Counted from the first letter of the stretch, positions 12,491 through 24,623 are shown. The stretch: DNA of 64,000 bases from Schmidtea polychroa (GCA_044892525.1 CM097885.1:14200001-14264000), one strand, 5' to 3'. A program made the numbers and translations. Notes: generated by a model from the sequence alone, not told the origin.

Positions 12491-13627
12491 GTGTTGGTTA
12501 CCTAGAGGGAAGAACTACACCATCCCATATGCTCAGGCAAAAATGATCTAGATAACCTTCATGAGTTGACAATTATATCCCCTTGCGTATACCCGTGACG
12601 ATGTAACACGTTGGTATTGTATACGAAGGTCGAAGTCTACCAGCAGGTGAGCTCCGATGGTAGAACTTCTCCCGGTAGAACTCGCGGTTCGGATTCAAGA
12701 GTGCCGTAGAAGGGCTTACCTCGCTTCTTTCTCTTCAAACCGGCGTCCTGGTCCAAGGGACGTCTCTCCACAATAGAATTTACACTATTTAAACGTTTCG
12801 CTCAATTTTTACCATAAAATTCAGAAAAACTAAATATAACGCAAGTTTTTCTTTCTCAGTACATTTATTTGTGCCATACAACACATACAACAATCATAAC
12901 AGGTTTTCTCCTTTACAGATTAACGGATAGGATGTCTTTGTACTGTTGGTTACTTAGGGGTGTATCATTTTTACATTTTAAAATGCGTTAGGGGTAATCA
13001 TAATCGTTAAACTCTTTCCTAAGCACCTCCATGACTATTGAAATTTAAACCATTTGTGTACCCATGGTGACGACCATGTTGGTACTGTACACAAAGGCGA
13101 AAAAACAATGAGCAGGTGAGCTCTATTACTAAAACTACTCCCCATTGTATTTTCTTTTCGGGTTCTAGACTGCCGATAGAAGGTTTTACGTCATTATTCA
13201 CTATGTATGCTGTTTTTAGATCATTTGTGGTCCTCAATTACGGATATTTCCTATTGCTCTCTTACAAAAATTTTTCGCAGGGATCCGCCCTTATTTTCCA
13301 GCTAATAATTATTATTCTACACTTCCTACAATATCTAAATTATCCTTTGAAAAATTTGAGCACGGATTGGCCCTTATTTTCAAGTTAATCCACGCTTCCC
13401 ATTATATTTAAGTTATACTTCAAAAAAATTTGAGCAGGGATCTGCCTGTATTCTCAGTCCTAACCTACATTTGACCACAGTACTTCCAGCGATAGGACCC
13501 GTGAGGAAGCCCCCACATTCCGGCCCAATCCAGCTGCGCGATTGAAAAACCAGCATACCCACCAGTCTGAGCATCCCGAAGGTACCTCAAACCATGATAT
13601 GCTGAATCTCAAATCAGCGGTACTAAC

Positions 13628-14502
13628 GTTCGTAATCAGTTAGTATAAAAATTGAACACAATAAAAAATTATTATTTAATATCTGCAACTAAATGAAATT
13701 AAACAATTAAAAGAAAATAACAAAAGAAAATTTAACTAAAAATTTTATTGCATATTAAATTTAATCATCTAGTAAAATTACTACAACAATAAAAAATAAA
13801 TTACCAAATCCACGTGGGCATAAAATCGAAAACTGAGAGCTTCACTGTCTACAACTAAATTTTGATGTTAGAGAAAAAGTAGTTTTTTTAAATGAATTTG
13901 TGATCAGTATTTATACTGATTTTTCATGCATTTGCTGCCACTCTATCCAATCAGAGTGCGAGAAATTTTTAATTAGTCTTGCATACCTGCATGAGTGTGT
14001 GCAATTGTTTATTTGTTTTAATTCAATAAATTTAATTAATTTCTTATTTAATTTTTATTAATTTTAATTTTATAAATAATTTGAGTTATATTAATTTTTA
14101 TTAATTTAAAAATTTTTATTCTTTAAATTTAATAAGTTAAATAACCATTTAATTCTATAAACTTTACAATTTATATAATGCTAACTAATTTTATTATTTT
14201 TGACGATTTAATTTTTATATTGTTTAAATAATTTTCAACTAATTCTATTTTATATTTTATTATTTTTCTATTTAAATTTTTAAGTGTTGAATTTTTTGTT
14301 AAATTTATTTATCTCTTATTCTATTATACGGGGTTTATTGGTTCTTAATGTGTGATGTAATTTATTTCATTTATTTTAAATTAAACCTTGGTCATAAATT
14401 TTCCAACTTTGCGGTTTTTGTGTTAGGTATTTTCGATCGATTAAAACAAACTCTCAGTTCTCGGCTTTAGCCCAACAGTACACTTTCTCCCGGGATACGA
14501 AC
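13628..14502. mobile_element. possible non-autonomous TIR element
   Basis: CGTTCGTA / TACGAACG ends and an imperfect inverted pair at ~13815-13841 and ~14448-14476 around an AT-rich core. Confidence 0.35.
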
Positions 14503-14539
14503 GAAATTGAATATTATAAGATAACGCCAATCAAACATT

Positions 14540-15032
14540 TTTTTCACGATTAATTTCGACAGTTTTCCTGTCATCATCAGGTGGGATATAATACTCATTA
14601 AATAAAGGATTTTAAACAAATTTAATTATATATAAAAAATTTTTATTTTATAAAAAATATTATTTTTTAAAAACTTTAACATTTAAAATTTAATTTAATA
14701 ATTTAAAAATTTAAAAATTTTTTATTAATTATTTAATTTAACACAACAATCAATACATACAATACACAAAAGCTTATTTAAAAACACTCAACACACAAGT
14801 ATTTACAGCATTCTGCACATTAATTTTCGGATTCAATGATTTTATCAACAACGCCTCACAAATCACACGTTCCCAATAATTATCGAAGTTTTTTAATAAA
14901 ATTTTAAAATCAGACATACCTATTTTAATCTTACAGCCCTTATTGTGCTCATCAATATGGGTCAAAGACTTCGGTATACAATATTCTCGAGCTCGAATAC
15001 AGAGATGACGGGAAGTCTCTCCAATGTATGTG
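14540..15032 (-). mobile_element. 3' portion of a Penelope-like element (GIY-YIG endonuclease C-terminal half plus pLTR)
   Basis: YIGETSRHLCIRARE at ~14985-15030, then HIDEH..DFKIL..ICEALLIKSLNPKINVQ, with a hammerhead motif downstream. Cut off at 15033 by the Polinton A terminus. Confidence 0.88.
14545..14583 (-). ncRNA. minimal type I hammerhead ribozyme
   Basis: Minus strand cac-CTGATGA-t-gacag-gaaaa-ctgtc-GAAA-ttaa-TC-gtg: stem I cac/gtg, 5 bp stem II, palindromic stem III, AUC cleavage triplet. Confidence 0.8.
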
Positions 15033-15139
15033 AGTAGAAGGATTGGAGCCCGCTAGACCAGGAGCCCGCTGGACCACATATACCCACCCCCCCGACCGGA
15101 AAATTTTTTAAAAATTTTCTAAGTCTAAAAGTACATTTT

Positions 15140-15387
15140 TTTTCAAGGTCAAATTTTAAACAAAGACATATGACTCATCAAGGTCACTTAAACAAAGACC
15201 ACGACTCATCAATACCATTCTCAAGGTCATATGACTCATCGTGATGACTCATCAACAAAGACCACGACTCATCAATACCATTCTCAAGGTCATATGACTC
15301 ATCGTGATGACTCATCAACAAAGGCCATGACTCATCAATACCATTCTCAAGGTCATATGACTCATTGTGATGACTCATCAAGGTCAT
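15140..15387 (+). promoter_or_regulatory. 63 bp tandem repeat (x3 plus partials) dense in ATGACTCAT and TCAAGGTCA motifs
   Basis: Units start at 15193, 15256 and 15319. 8 x ATGACTCAT and 6 x TCAAGGTCA, bracketed by a perfect 21 bp inverted repeat (15057-15077 / 15443-15463). Regulatory role is inferred. Confidence 0.6.
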
Positions 15388-15743
15388 ATTATTATTTTTA
15401 AAAAATATTATTATTTTATTATTATTATTCAAAATATTATTAGTGGTCCAGCGGGCTCCTGGTTTTCGTTTGCCCAAAAGTTGTCGTTCCAATCATTTTA
15501 TTTCATCGTTTGATAGCTCATTTTAAAGCTTAGTGCAAGACCTTTCGAATGAGCTATTGAAGGTATCATCATCATTAATATTGACAAAGTTATTATCGTT
15601 TTCCCGAGACCATTTTCAAGGTCATATAATTATTATTAGTATTAGTATTAATCTATATACTCCGAGTTTATCCGACAAAATATTTTGTCCCCCCTATGGG
15701 TAATGCTCACAAGGGTACTGCTCGCGCTCAACAACTCGCAATG

Positions 15744-15785
<42 letters not shown>

Positions 15786-15936
15786 GTTTTAGCACACACT
15801 CATTATACCAATATGAATTTAGTTTTCATGGTGTATCAAATCAAAACTCCTATTTTTATAGTATATCAACCAATCAGAACATATGTTATTTCAGTAGTAA
15901 TATAAATAAAGCAGTATATTAAAAATTATTATAAAA

Positions 15937-16465
15937 ATGTCTCAATTTAGTGAAAATGTTCTAAACGGAATTGTCACCGCGAATATAGTCGACAGCCTCA
16001 ATTTCCTGATCAATCGAACTGAACAAATCATTGAAGGTGAACATATCGATTATCAGCAAATGATGGAGATAGAATCCCTGGAAACCAAGAAGTATTACTT
16101 CAATAGAATATTTCAGTGTCTTTTCGATAAAGACATGAAATGGACAAGGATAATTGTAGGATTCACCTACATGAAGATAATCATTGCAAAAGGTCAACAT
16201 GACTCAGAACATTATTATCAGTGGTCTTTAGAAGTAAGATTTCTTTTATAATCTACATATATATTTTAATAATATTCATTTCTAGATAATCAAGTCCAAG
16301 TTTACCCCATGGATAGAAGCCAATGGCGGATGGGGTGTATTAAATAAACTGGCCTGCAATTTTAAAGAAACTGATGAAATCAAAAGAAAAATGAAAAACT
16401 ATATAAAACTTACAACTGGAGTTGTTATAATGTATATTTTCTGTAGATATATGAATAAAAATTAA
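15937..16465 (+). CDS. Bcl-2-family protein, 158 aa; exons 15937-16233 and 16286-16465
   Basis: BH1-like LFDKDMKWTRIIVGF in exon 1. After a 52 nt phase-0 GTAAG..TAG intron, exon 2 gives BH2 WIEANGGW and a hydrophobic C-terminal tail (LTTGVVIMYIFC). Confidence 0.8.
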
Positions 16466-16509
16466 TGTTATTGTTTTTAATAGTATATTTAAATGAAAAT
16501 AATTCAATT

Positions 16510-16844
16510 TTAAAATTTATTAACACATTCGCAATCATCATCTCCACATTTCATTATATTTTCAACGACATGATCAATACAATCATTCGTAATATTATCT
16601 TTAGGTTCCTCTATAGGTTCATAGATTTCGTCATCAATTTCTTGAGTTTCTTCCTCATCATCAAATCCTGTATCTTGACTCTCAACTACCCAGCCCATAT
16701 TTAATGCATTTGTAACAGATAATATATCCTCAATTTTTACCCCAGATATTTCAGCTAATTTTGCCAACAAAAAGTTGATTACAAATTCTAAATAATAAAT
16801 AATTTGGAAATTAATTAATCATGTTAACCTTTTTCTGCAGACAT
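16510..16844 (-). CDS. small acidic hypothetical protein (~97 aa); exons 16844-16829 and 16787-16510
   Basis: A 41 nt GT-AG intron joins MSAEK-E to FVINFLLAKLAE..; D/E-rich. Confidence 0.6.
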
Positions 16845-16976
16845 TATTAACACTTTAAAACTATATTATAAGTTTGTTTATAGATTTTCTTTGTTAAATT
16901 TGCATGTCATTTGCATTTATGTTGCAATTAATAAAGAGAAAAACAAATCTGACTAATACATTTATTAAATATAACA

Positions 16977-17387
16977 TTAAAATATTTGTGAAAGTCTAGC
17001 AGACATAATTTTCCAAATAGGAGAATATACATCATTATTATCAACTTTATATCCCTGGATTGCAATTGTTATATACCAATTTTCATTTTCTTTGAAACTG
17101 ATTTCATCAAAAGCATCATAAAATCTTGCATATCTATTGTTGAACCATGCATGTTGATTACACGATAGTTTCGAATCTATCCGTTTAAAAACATCATCAA
17201 TAGTTTTGACATCAATCATTGAAAGCGTGCCGGATAAGAATTGAAATTTAGTTGGAATTAGCTTGACTGGTGCAACCAATTTCATATTGATTTCTTCTTT
17301 CAAAAAATACATTTTGTAGTTGTGGAACATTTGAACTGGTTGTACCATTTCTTTAGGTTTTTCGGTGCTTGAAATTTTCTTAGTCAT
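16977..17387 (-). CDS. hypothetical protein, possible OB-fold ssDNA-binding protein
   Basis: Intact 136 aa ORF with upstream TATA and downstream AATAAA. The C-terminal WYITIAIQGYKV..YSPIWKIMSARL resembles T7 gp2.5-like viral SSB strands (inference). Confidence 0.55.
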   Translation of the reverse strand: MTKKISSTEKPKEMVQPVQMFHNYKMYFLKEEINMKLVAPVKLIPTKFQFLSGTLSMIDVKTIDDVFKRIDSKLSCNQHAWFNNRYARFYDAFDEISFKENENWYITIAIQGYKVDNNDVYSPIWKIMSARLSQIF

Positions 17388-17519
17388 CGTGAATAATGAA
17401 TAAATTTAAATGTTACAGGGTTTTTATACCATTGACTCATGCCTATCAACCAATCAGATTATAGCATGTCTTTGTTTAAATTGCATTCAAAATGCATTGA
17501 TGTTGCATTGTCACATGTT

Positions 17520-17566
17520 CTATTATTTTTATTAATGTTTTATTATTATTAATGTTTTATTATTTC

Positions 17567-17647
<81 letters not shown>

Positions 17648-17658
17648 TTTATTATTTC

Positions 17659-17715
<57 letters not shown>

Positions 17716-17743
17716 TTTATTATTATTAATGTTTTATTATTTC

Positions 17744-17776
<33 letters not shown>

Positions 17777-17840
17777 TTTATTATTAATGTTTTATTATTT
17801 CTATTTCTATTATTATTATTAATGTTTTATTATTATTATT
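17520..17840. repeat. compound (TTA)n / TTAATGTTT microsatellite
   Basis: Seen directly. Confidence 0.95.
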
Positions 17841-17878
17841 TCAAATATAAAAAAGATAAAACACAATAAAAAATACAT

Positions 17879-18296
17879 TTATTGGTAACCTAAATCTACA
17901 ATCCGGGAGTAGTGAAACCTTCTCAGAGTTTTCACTAACTCCCATTCGACATATCGCCGATATCGATCGGCACAGCATGAGCATCCGATGATGCATTGGT
18001 ACTCCGGCTCCATTTGCTTCATTGTTCTGTTGATTTTCACATCCCATAAAAATTGGTGAAAGACCTCCATTATTCTAATTTGCGTGGCATAAAAAATCAA
18101 ATCTGGTATGATTTCCGGTTCCCGATCTTTGATTACTTCAGCAATTTGCGGATAATAATATTTTATCCTGTTAATCATTATTTCTAAATATTTTTCTAAA
18201 ATAATAAATATAAAAAAAATGTGAAAATAAAATTTTAAATTTACCATAGTCATCAATATCCTTCATGAGATTCGCGGCGCTCGGAATTTTGTACAT
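17879..18296 (-). CDS. hypothetical protein (~122 aa) with a CxxGCxCC motif; exons 18296-18245 and 18195-17879
   Basis: A 49 nt GT-AG intron restores the frame: MYKIPSAANLMKDIDDY-E-KYLEIM..CIIGCSCC. Confidence 0.6.
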
Positions 18297-18372
18297 GTTG
18301 TTGTTGAATAAATGAATCCTAAACAAAAACCGTTTGTTTAAATCAATCAATAACCAATTAGAAATTAACCAA

Positions 18373-18810
18373 TTAGAAATCGACCAATGAAATTATCTCA
18401 TTTCGAACCTTGTCAACAAATTCTCTATACTCCAAATTTCTCAACCCCAACATGACAACCTTTCCACTAGCAAACACGTTGACACATATAGGGTTATATT
18501 TTAATAGTCTTAGTGCCGGAAACAATTCCGGTTCAAACATACAATCACATTTTTTCGACATGTTATATAGATTGATACTATGTCCCATATCCATAGTAAC
18601 GGTAATTGATTGGATTATAATATTATTTATTCGATATTGTAATTTATTAATATCCAAAGGTTTCTTACATCCCATGATTCGGCATTTACCAGTCTTGAAA
18701 AATATTATCGGATATTTCAGACTTCTATCGATAATTTGCTGGGGTTTCCCTGGTGGGAACCTCATATTCGATACATCAAAATTTCCTCGATAATTTATAT
18801 TTGCTAACAT
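18373..18810 (-). CDS. divergent TATA-binding protein (TBP) homologue, 145 aa
   Basis: Two TBP repeats: IIFFKTGKCRIMGCK, then IQSITVT, FEPELFPAL and VNVFASGKVVMLG (compare IFSSGKMVCTGAK, YEPELFPGL, IFVSGKVVLTG). Confidence 0.88.
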   Translation of the reverse strand: MLANINYRGNFDVSNMRFPPGKPQQIIDRSLKYPIIFFKTGKCRIMGCKKPLDINKLQYRINNIIIQSITVTMDMGHSINLYNMSKKCDCMFEPELFPALRLLKYNPICVNVFASGKVVMLGLRNLEYREFVDKVRNEIISLVDF

Positions 18811-18909
18811 TATTAAATCATTTATGAAAATTAGTCTTTATATATAAATTGAGCACGAGTTCATTAAATCATCGAATATAAACAAATACACATTTATAAA
18901 ATCTTTGAA

Positions 18910-19536
18910 ATGGAATTAAGAAATGATGCAGTATACCAAATCGTTGGTCCGAGTGGTAGTGGAAAAACATTATTTGTTTGTAAATTACTAAAATCAAATT
19001 TATTCAAATCAAAATTTAACAGGATTTATTGGCATAGGGGTGCTGATGAAGAACATGGATTAACTCAATCAAGTTTCTGTAAATTAAAAAACATGAAAAT
19101 AGTAAAGGGATTCGATAAAAACTGGTCCAGCCGATTAAAGAAAGGTGATGTCATTATTATCGATGATTTGTATCAAGAAGCTAATAAAGAAAAAGATTTT
19201 AATAATTTATTTCCAAAGATCAGCAGACATGTTGGTGTAACAGTTATTTTCATAACACAAAATCTATTTCATCAAGGTGGGGCACATCGAACACGTAATT
19301 TAAATGTACAATATTTAGTGATTTTCAAGAATCCTAGAGATGCAACAGTGATTGATTTTCTTGCACGTCAAGCATACCCTAACAATCGTAATTTTCTTAT
19401 CAGTGCATTTCAAGATGCTACAAAAATACCTCATGGATATATATTTCTTGATTTCACACAACAATGTCCCGATGATTTACGAGTAAAAACAGATATTTTC
19501 AACCCAAAAGGTGCCATGGTTTATAAACAAAGTTGA
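18910..19536 (+). CDS. A32/FtsK-like DNA packaging ATPase (Polinton A)
   Basis: Walker A GPSGSGKT, Walker B IIIDD, SRH, ITQNLF and FKNPRD motifs. Confidence 0.93.
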   Translation: MELRNDAVYQIVGPSGSGKTLFVCKLLKSNLFKSKFNRIYWHRGADEEHGLTQSSFCKLKNMKIVKGFDKNWSSRLKKGDVIIIDDLYQEANKEKDFNNLFPKISRHVGVTVIFITQNLFHQGGAHRTRNLNVQYLVIFKNPRDATVIDFLARQAYPNNRNFLISAFQDATKIPHGYIFLDFTQQCPDDLRVKTDIFNPKGAMVYKQS

Positions 19537-19554
19537 AAACCACTATGAATAATA

Positions 19555-20088
19555 ATGTTTCTAAAAGCAAGGGTGAAAAATATTAAGAAATTAAGAAAAG
19601 GTATTAGAAAGACTATTAAAGTTCCAAAAGTTCCACCAACAACTAGTTATACACCGTCTAAAAAACTTGTAACTGAAAATTTCTCTGCAATGAATCTTAT
19701 TTCGAAAAATCCTAAACCTAAACGTAAAACCCGTAAAACTCGTAAAACCGGTAAAAAAGTAGTTAAAAATCATCGCAGTTTTCCATTTTTTAATGCATTG
19801 TTAAAGGCCCCGAGTATGAAAAGAATGAATATATTGCAATCATTCCCAAATTTTGTTGTCGATGATTTACTCAATATTATACTTAAAGTAGTCAAAGGTA
19901 AAATTAAAATCAGTAAATCAAAAAAGCATTTATTGAGCAAACATAGGAAACCATTGTTATCTTTAGTAAATAATAAAAATCGTAAGCAAATGAGGAAAAT
20001 TATATATAAACAACAAGGTGGATTTATTGGTGCATTGATACCTCTGGCATTGTCATTATTAGGTGGAGTTGTAGGAAATCAATCATAA
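19555..20088 (+). CDS. basic core-like protein with a C-terminal amphipathic peptide
   Basis: Lys/Arg-rich; ends QQGG|FIGALIPLALSLLGGV, an adenain-type site before a hydrophobic helix. Confidence 0.75.
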   Translation: MFLKARVKNIKKLRKGIRKTIKVPKVPPTTSYTPSKKLVTENFSAMNLISKNPKPKRKTRKTRKTGKKVVKNHRSFPFFNALLKAPSMKRMNILQSFPNFVVDDLLNIILKVVKGKIKISKSKKHLLSKHRKPLLSLVNNKNRKQMRKIIYKQQGGFIGALIPLALSLLGGVVGNQS

Positions 20089-20149
20089 ACAATGGGTGCT
20101 AATCCTTCATTGCCCGACATTAAATTTAATTTTAAATCTTCTTGTTGTA

Positions 20150-21307
<1,158 letters not shown>

Positions 21308-22312
21308 ATTTTTATACTATTTTACCGAGCAATAGTTGCCCATTAATTCATCCAGACAATCAAGCCAGTAAATTCATGGTCAATCTCCAGAATCCGATTT
21401 CTTTAAATGGTGACTGGGAAGTTGCACTGCAAGATTTTACATTCGTCTACAACACTTTCCCATTTTATAGTCAATGTAAGATTGATTTCAAAAGGAATAT
21501 TGTGAAAACATGTAGCGGTATCTTTGTTATCAGTAATTATGATAAAACATATCATATTCCGAATCAAATATTAGATTCGCATTGCTATATGTTTTACAAG
21601 GATGGATTAAATATCAGTTGTGATTTTAAACCATTTACAATAACATTCGAAACTATTGAAGATGCCAAACGAATGGGTTGCAATAAGTTGAAAAATATTG
21701 TTACGGAGACCGAGTATTTATTACGTTTTAATCTATTTGAAGCAAACAGTGTAATGAAAGAAGAAATCAAAATATCTGTGTCGTATAATGGTGAAGTTGA
21801 AGAATCATTTACCTTTGCTGATGAATTATATTTTGATAAACTTGCTGATTTACTTAAATATTTAAAGTTCAATTGTTCACACATATTTAAAAATTTGGAA
21901 ATTGTGAAAGATTTGATGTTTACTTTTAGTTTGAATGAGGATATTTGCGAAGTTACATTTGATAAAAATTTGGCAAATTCACTTGGATTAGATAGGCAAA
22001 AATATCGAGAAAAATCGACTGGTATACGCAAACCAAGAATATTAGAACATCATCAACAAATGTTCATATATACTAACATTATCGAACCCATAATTGTTGG
22101 TGATTCCAGTGTTCCTCTTTTGAAATCGGTATGGATTGGAAAATATGAACATGATGAAGTTGTCAATATAAATATCGATAATCCCATGTATTTACCAATA
22201 GCAAGTTCATGTATAAAAAATATAGAAATAAATATTCGTGACGATAGTGGGAAACTTATAAACTTTCCAAAAGGTTCAAAAACTCATTTGACATTACATT
22301 TTCGTAAAATAA

Positions 22313-22669
22313 ATGGCTAATTCTGATATTATTAGTATGTATAGTGGTAGCCAATCTGGTGGTGAATTACCATATTTTATTGGTAAACAGTACGGATCAG
22401 GATGGTTGAGAACAATTGGTAGATTTGCCCTGCCTATTCTTAAACGTATTGGTAGTTTTGGTATGAAAACTGCAAAAGATGTTATTATGAATGAACAGAA
22501 AATTTTACCATCTCTAAAAACAAATGCTTTAGCTGAATTAGGGAAAGTTTTACCAGGGGTTGCAGGTATGTTTCAAAAAGATACGCCTCCAGCTCCAAAA
22601 CGTAAAAGACATGGGATATCACGTATAAACAAACGAATGAAAGGACATGGAACTATATTTGCAAAATGA
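22313..22669 (+). CDS. small Polinton virion protein (PW-like)
   Basis: QSGG..YFIGKQYGSGWLRTIGRFALPILK with a basic tail, located between penton and hexon. Confidence 0.75.
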   Translation: MANSDIISMYSGSQSGGELPYFIGKQYGSGWLRTIGRFALPILKRIGSFGMKTAKDVIMNEQKILPSLKTNALAELGKVLPGVAGMFQKDTPPAPKRKRHGISRINKRMKGHGTIFAK

Positions 22670-23889
22670 TTTGTGGTAAATCTGAATTATGTATATTTGA
22701 TAGACCATCGCCCCAGGCTGTAATAGAATTTGGGGCATTTGAGGAAGTTTTTCCTATGAATTCAATTACCGATAGTAGAAATGATATCGAGTTTTATATT
22801 AATGGTTCGCAAACTGAATATTTAGATTTGAACGATACTTTATTGACTGTTCAGATCAAGGTTGTAGATAAAGATAGAAAAGTTTTGGATGCCAATGCAG
22901 ATGTAATACCGAACAATTTCATGTTTCATACTCTGTTTAAAGATGCTGTGTTGGGATTTAATAATATCAAGATTGAGGGTGGAAATAATACATTCATTCA
23001 CAAGGCTTTGATAGAAACTATTTTAAATTACAATTCCGATACTAAAAATACCTGTCTTACACCTATGGGTTATGCAGCAACAGATGATGAAAGAAAAAAG
23101 TGGGTTAAAGGTTCAAAGGTTTTCACCATGTGCTCATCGTTACAACTTGATTTTATGGATCAACCGAAATATTTACTACCGGGAGTTAATGTACACATTA
23201 GATTGAAAAGGTCCGATTCTGCATTATCTCTTACTAGTGCAACTGGTGCACCAATATGTCAATTAGTTGATGCAAAATTATTGGTGAGAAGAGTCCGAGT
23301 GGACCCCTCAGTATTAGCTGGTCATCAATTGGGTCTTAATTCAAAACATGCAATTTATCCTTTAAAAACAAAGGAAATTGTACAATTCGCTATTGCTAAA
23401 GGTGCTTCATCATTCTATAAAGAACAAATATTTGGTGACAGAAGAATGCCTAATTTTATTCTGATAACATTTCAAAGTGAAGCACAATATAATGGATCTT
23501 ATACTGCGTCGAGCTCAATTTTCAAAAACTTTAATGTTACTTCATTGACTTTGTCGAAAAATACTGATTATAGAGAAACATATATTCAAGATTTCGAGAA
23601 TGACAATTACTGTGCGACATATATGCAGAGTATTGTTAGAAATCTGGGTTATTTAGATAAAAATTTGAATTGTGGAATTACTCTAGAAGATTTTAAAAGC
23701 AAATATCCATTTTTCACATATGTTTTAGCTCCGGATTTTGATTTAAATCAGAGTCAACTACCACAAAACGGGAATTTACGACTGGATATAAAGTTTGCAA
23801 AAGCTATTACTGAACCGGTACATGTTATAATATATGGAGTATTTGAAAACGAAGTTCAAATTACTGCAAATAGAACCGTGCTAGTATAA
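22666..23889 (+). CDS. major capsid protein (double jelly-roll), Polinton A
   Basis: KSELCIF, IEFYING..EYLDLNDT, DFMDQPKYLLPGV and GNLRLDIKF motifs; 407 aa. Confidence 0.9.
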   Translation: MICGKSELCIFDRPSPQAVIEFGAFEEVFPMNSITDSRNDIEFYINGSQTEYLDLNDTLLTVQIKVVDKDRKVLDANADVIPNNFMFHTLFKDAVLGFNNIKIEGGNNTFIHKALIETILNYNSDTKNTCLTPMGYAATDDERKKWVKGSKVFTMCSSLQLDFMDQPKYLLPGVNVHIRLKRSDSALSLTSATGAPICQLVDAKLLVRRVRVDPSVLAGHQLGLNSKHAIYPLKTKEIVQFAIAKGASSFYKEQIFGDRRMPNFILITFQSEAQYNGSYTASSSIFKNFNVTSLTLSKNTDYRETYIQDFENDNYCATYMQSIVRNLGYLDKNLNCGITLEDFKSKYPFFTYVLAPDFDLNQSQLPQNGNLRLDIKFAKAITEPVHVIIYGVFENEVQITANRTVLV

Positions 23890-24277
23890 ATGTATACAGA
23901 AACACAAAAAGTTGTCATGGAGTAAGTTGTTTTTTATACTCTGGATTTATTTAAGTAGTTCTGTTCAGGTTAATCGAATCGGAAAACAGATATTGGGAAA
24001 TGAATTTGTTGGAGTTTTTCCTCTTGATAAAATTCTATATTTGAGCAATAATCAAGCAATAATCGTCAATACTCAATCGTCTCATCTTGGTGGAGAACCT
24101 GGTAATATATTCGTGTTCGATCCTATGGGTTTTTATTACCCGGCTTTGTTGATATCAAAACTACAAACAATGGGGAAATCTATTGTGTATAATAAAACTA
24201 TGTTTCAAAATCCGTTGACCCAAACATGTGGTCAACATTGTTTAGCTTGGTTATTGTACAAAAAATTTGATGTTTAA
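23890..24277 (+). pseudogene. adenain-like cysteine protease with a probable 37 nt intron (23922-23958); catalytic His segment missing
   Basis: Spliced product reads MDSVQV..FVGVFPLD..IVNT..GGE[no HW]..FDPMG..FQ..CGQHCL. Confidence 0.8.
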
Positions 24278-24355
24278 AGAAAAATGGATGTTTAATAAAA
24301 TTTGATGTTTAATAAATGTATCCTTTCCTTTGTTGTTGTGATTAATATTATTATA

Positions 24356-24401
<46 letters not shown>

Positions 24402-24623
24402 AATATTATTATTTACAAAGTTTTATTATTAAATGCGTGATCAGTGCATAAAGAAAATGATTAATAACAAAGACAGTGCATGATCAGTGCATGTCAGATA
24501 AAGAAAAATAATGACTCGTGCATGTACAGCTCGTCTGTGATTGGCTGAGACCGGCGAGTATAATGTTTCTTTATAAACATTGACAAATCTCAAACCTTTC
24601 ACAATTTTTTCAAATTAATCAAA

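Noticed and set aside
12500..13620. higher-GC segment that may be an LTR or gag remnant
   Set aside because: No recognisable motif, termini or TSD could be established by eye.
15140..15390. CRISPR-like appearance of the repeat array
   Set aside because: Units are contiguous with no unique spacers, there are no cas genes, and the context is eukaryotic.
15184..15492. 102 aa minus-strand ORF with repeated SHHDESYDLENGIDESW
   Set aside because: It is a translation of the 63 bp repeat, has no ATG start, and the DNA motifs explain the pattern better.
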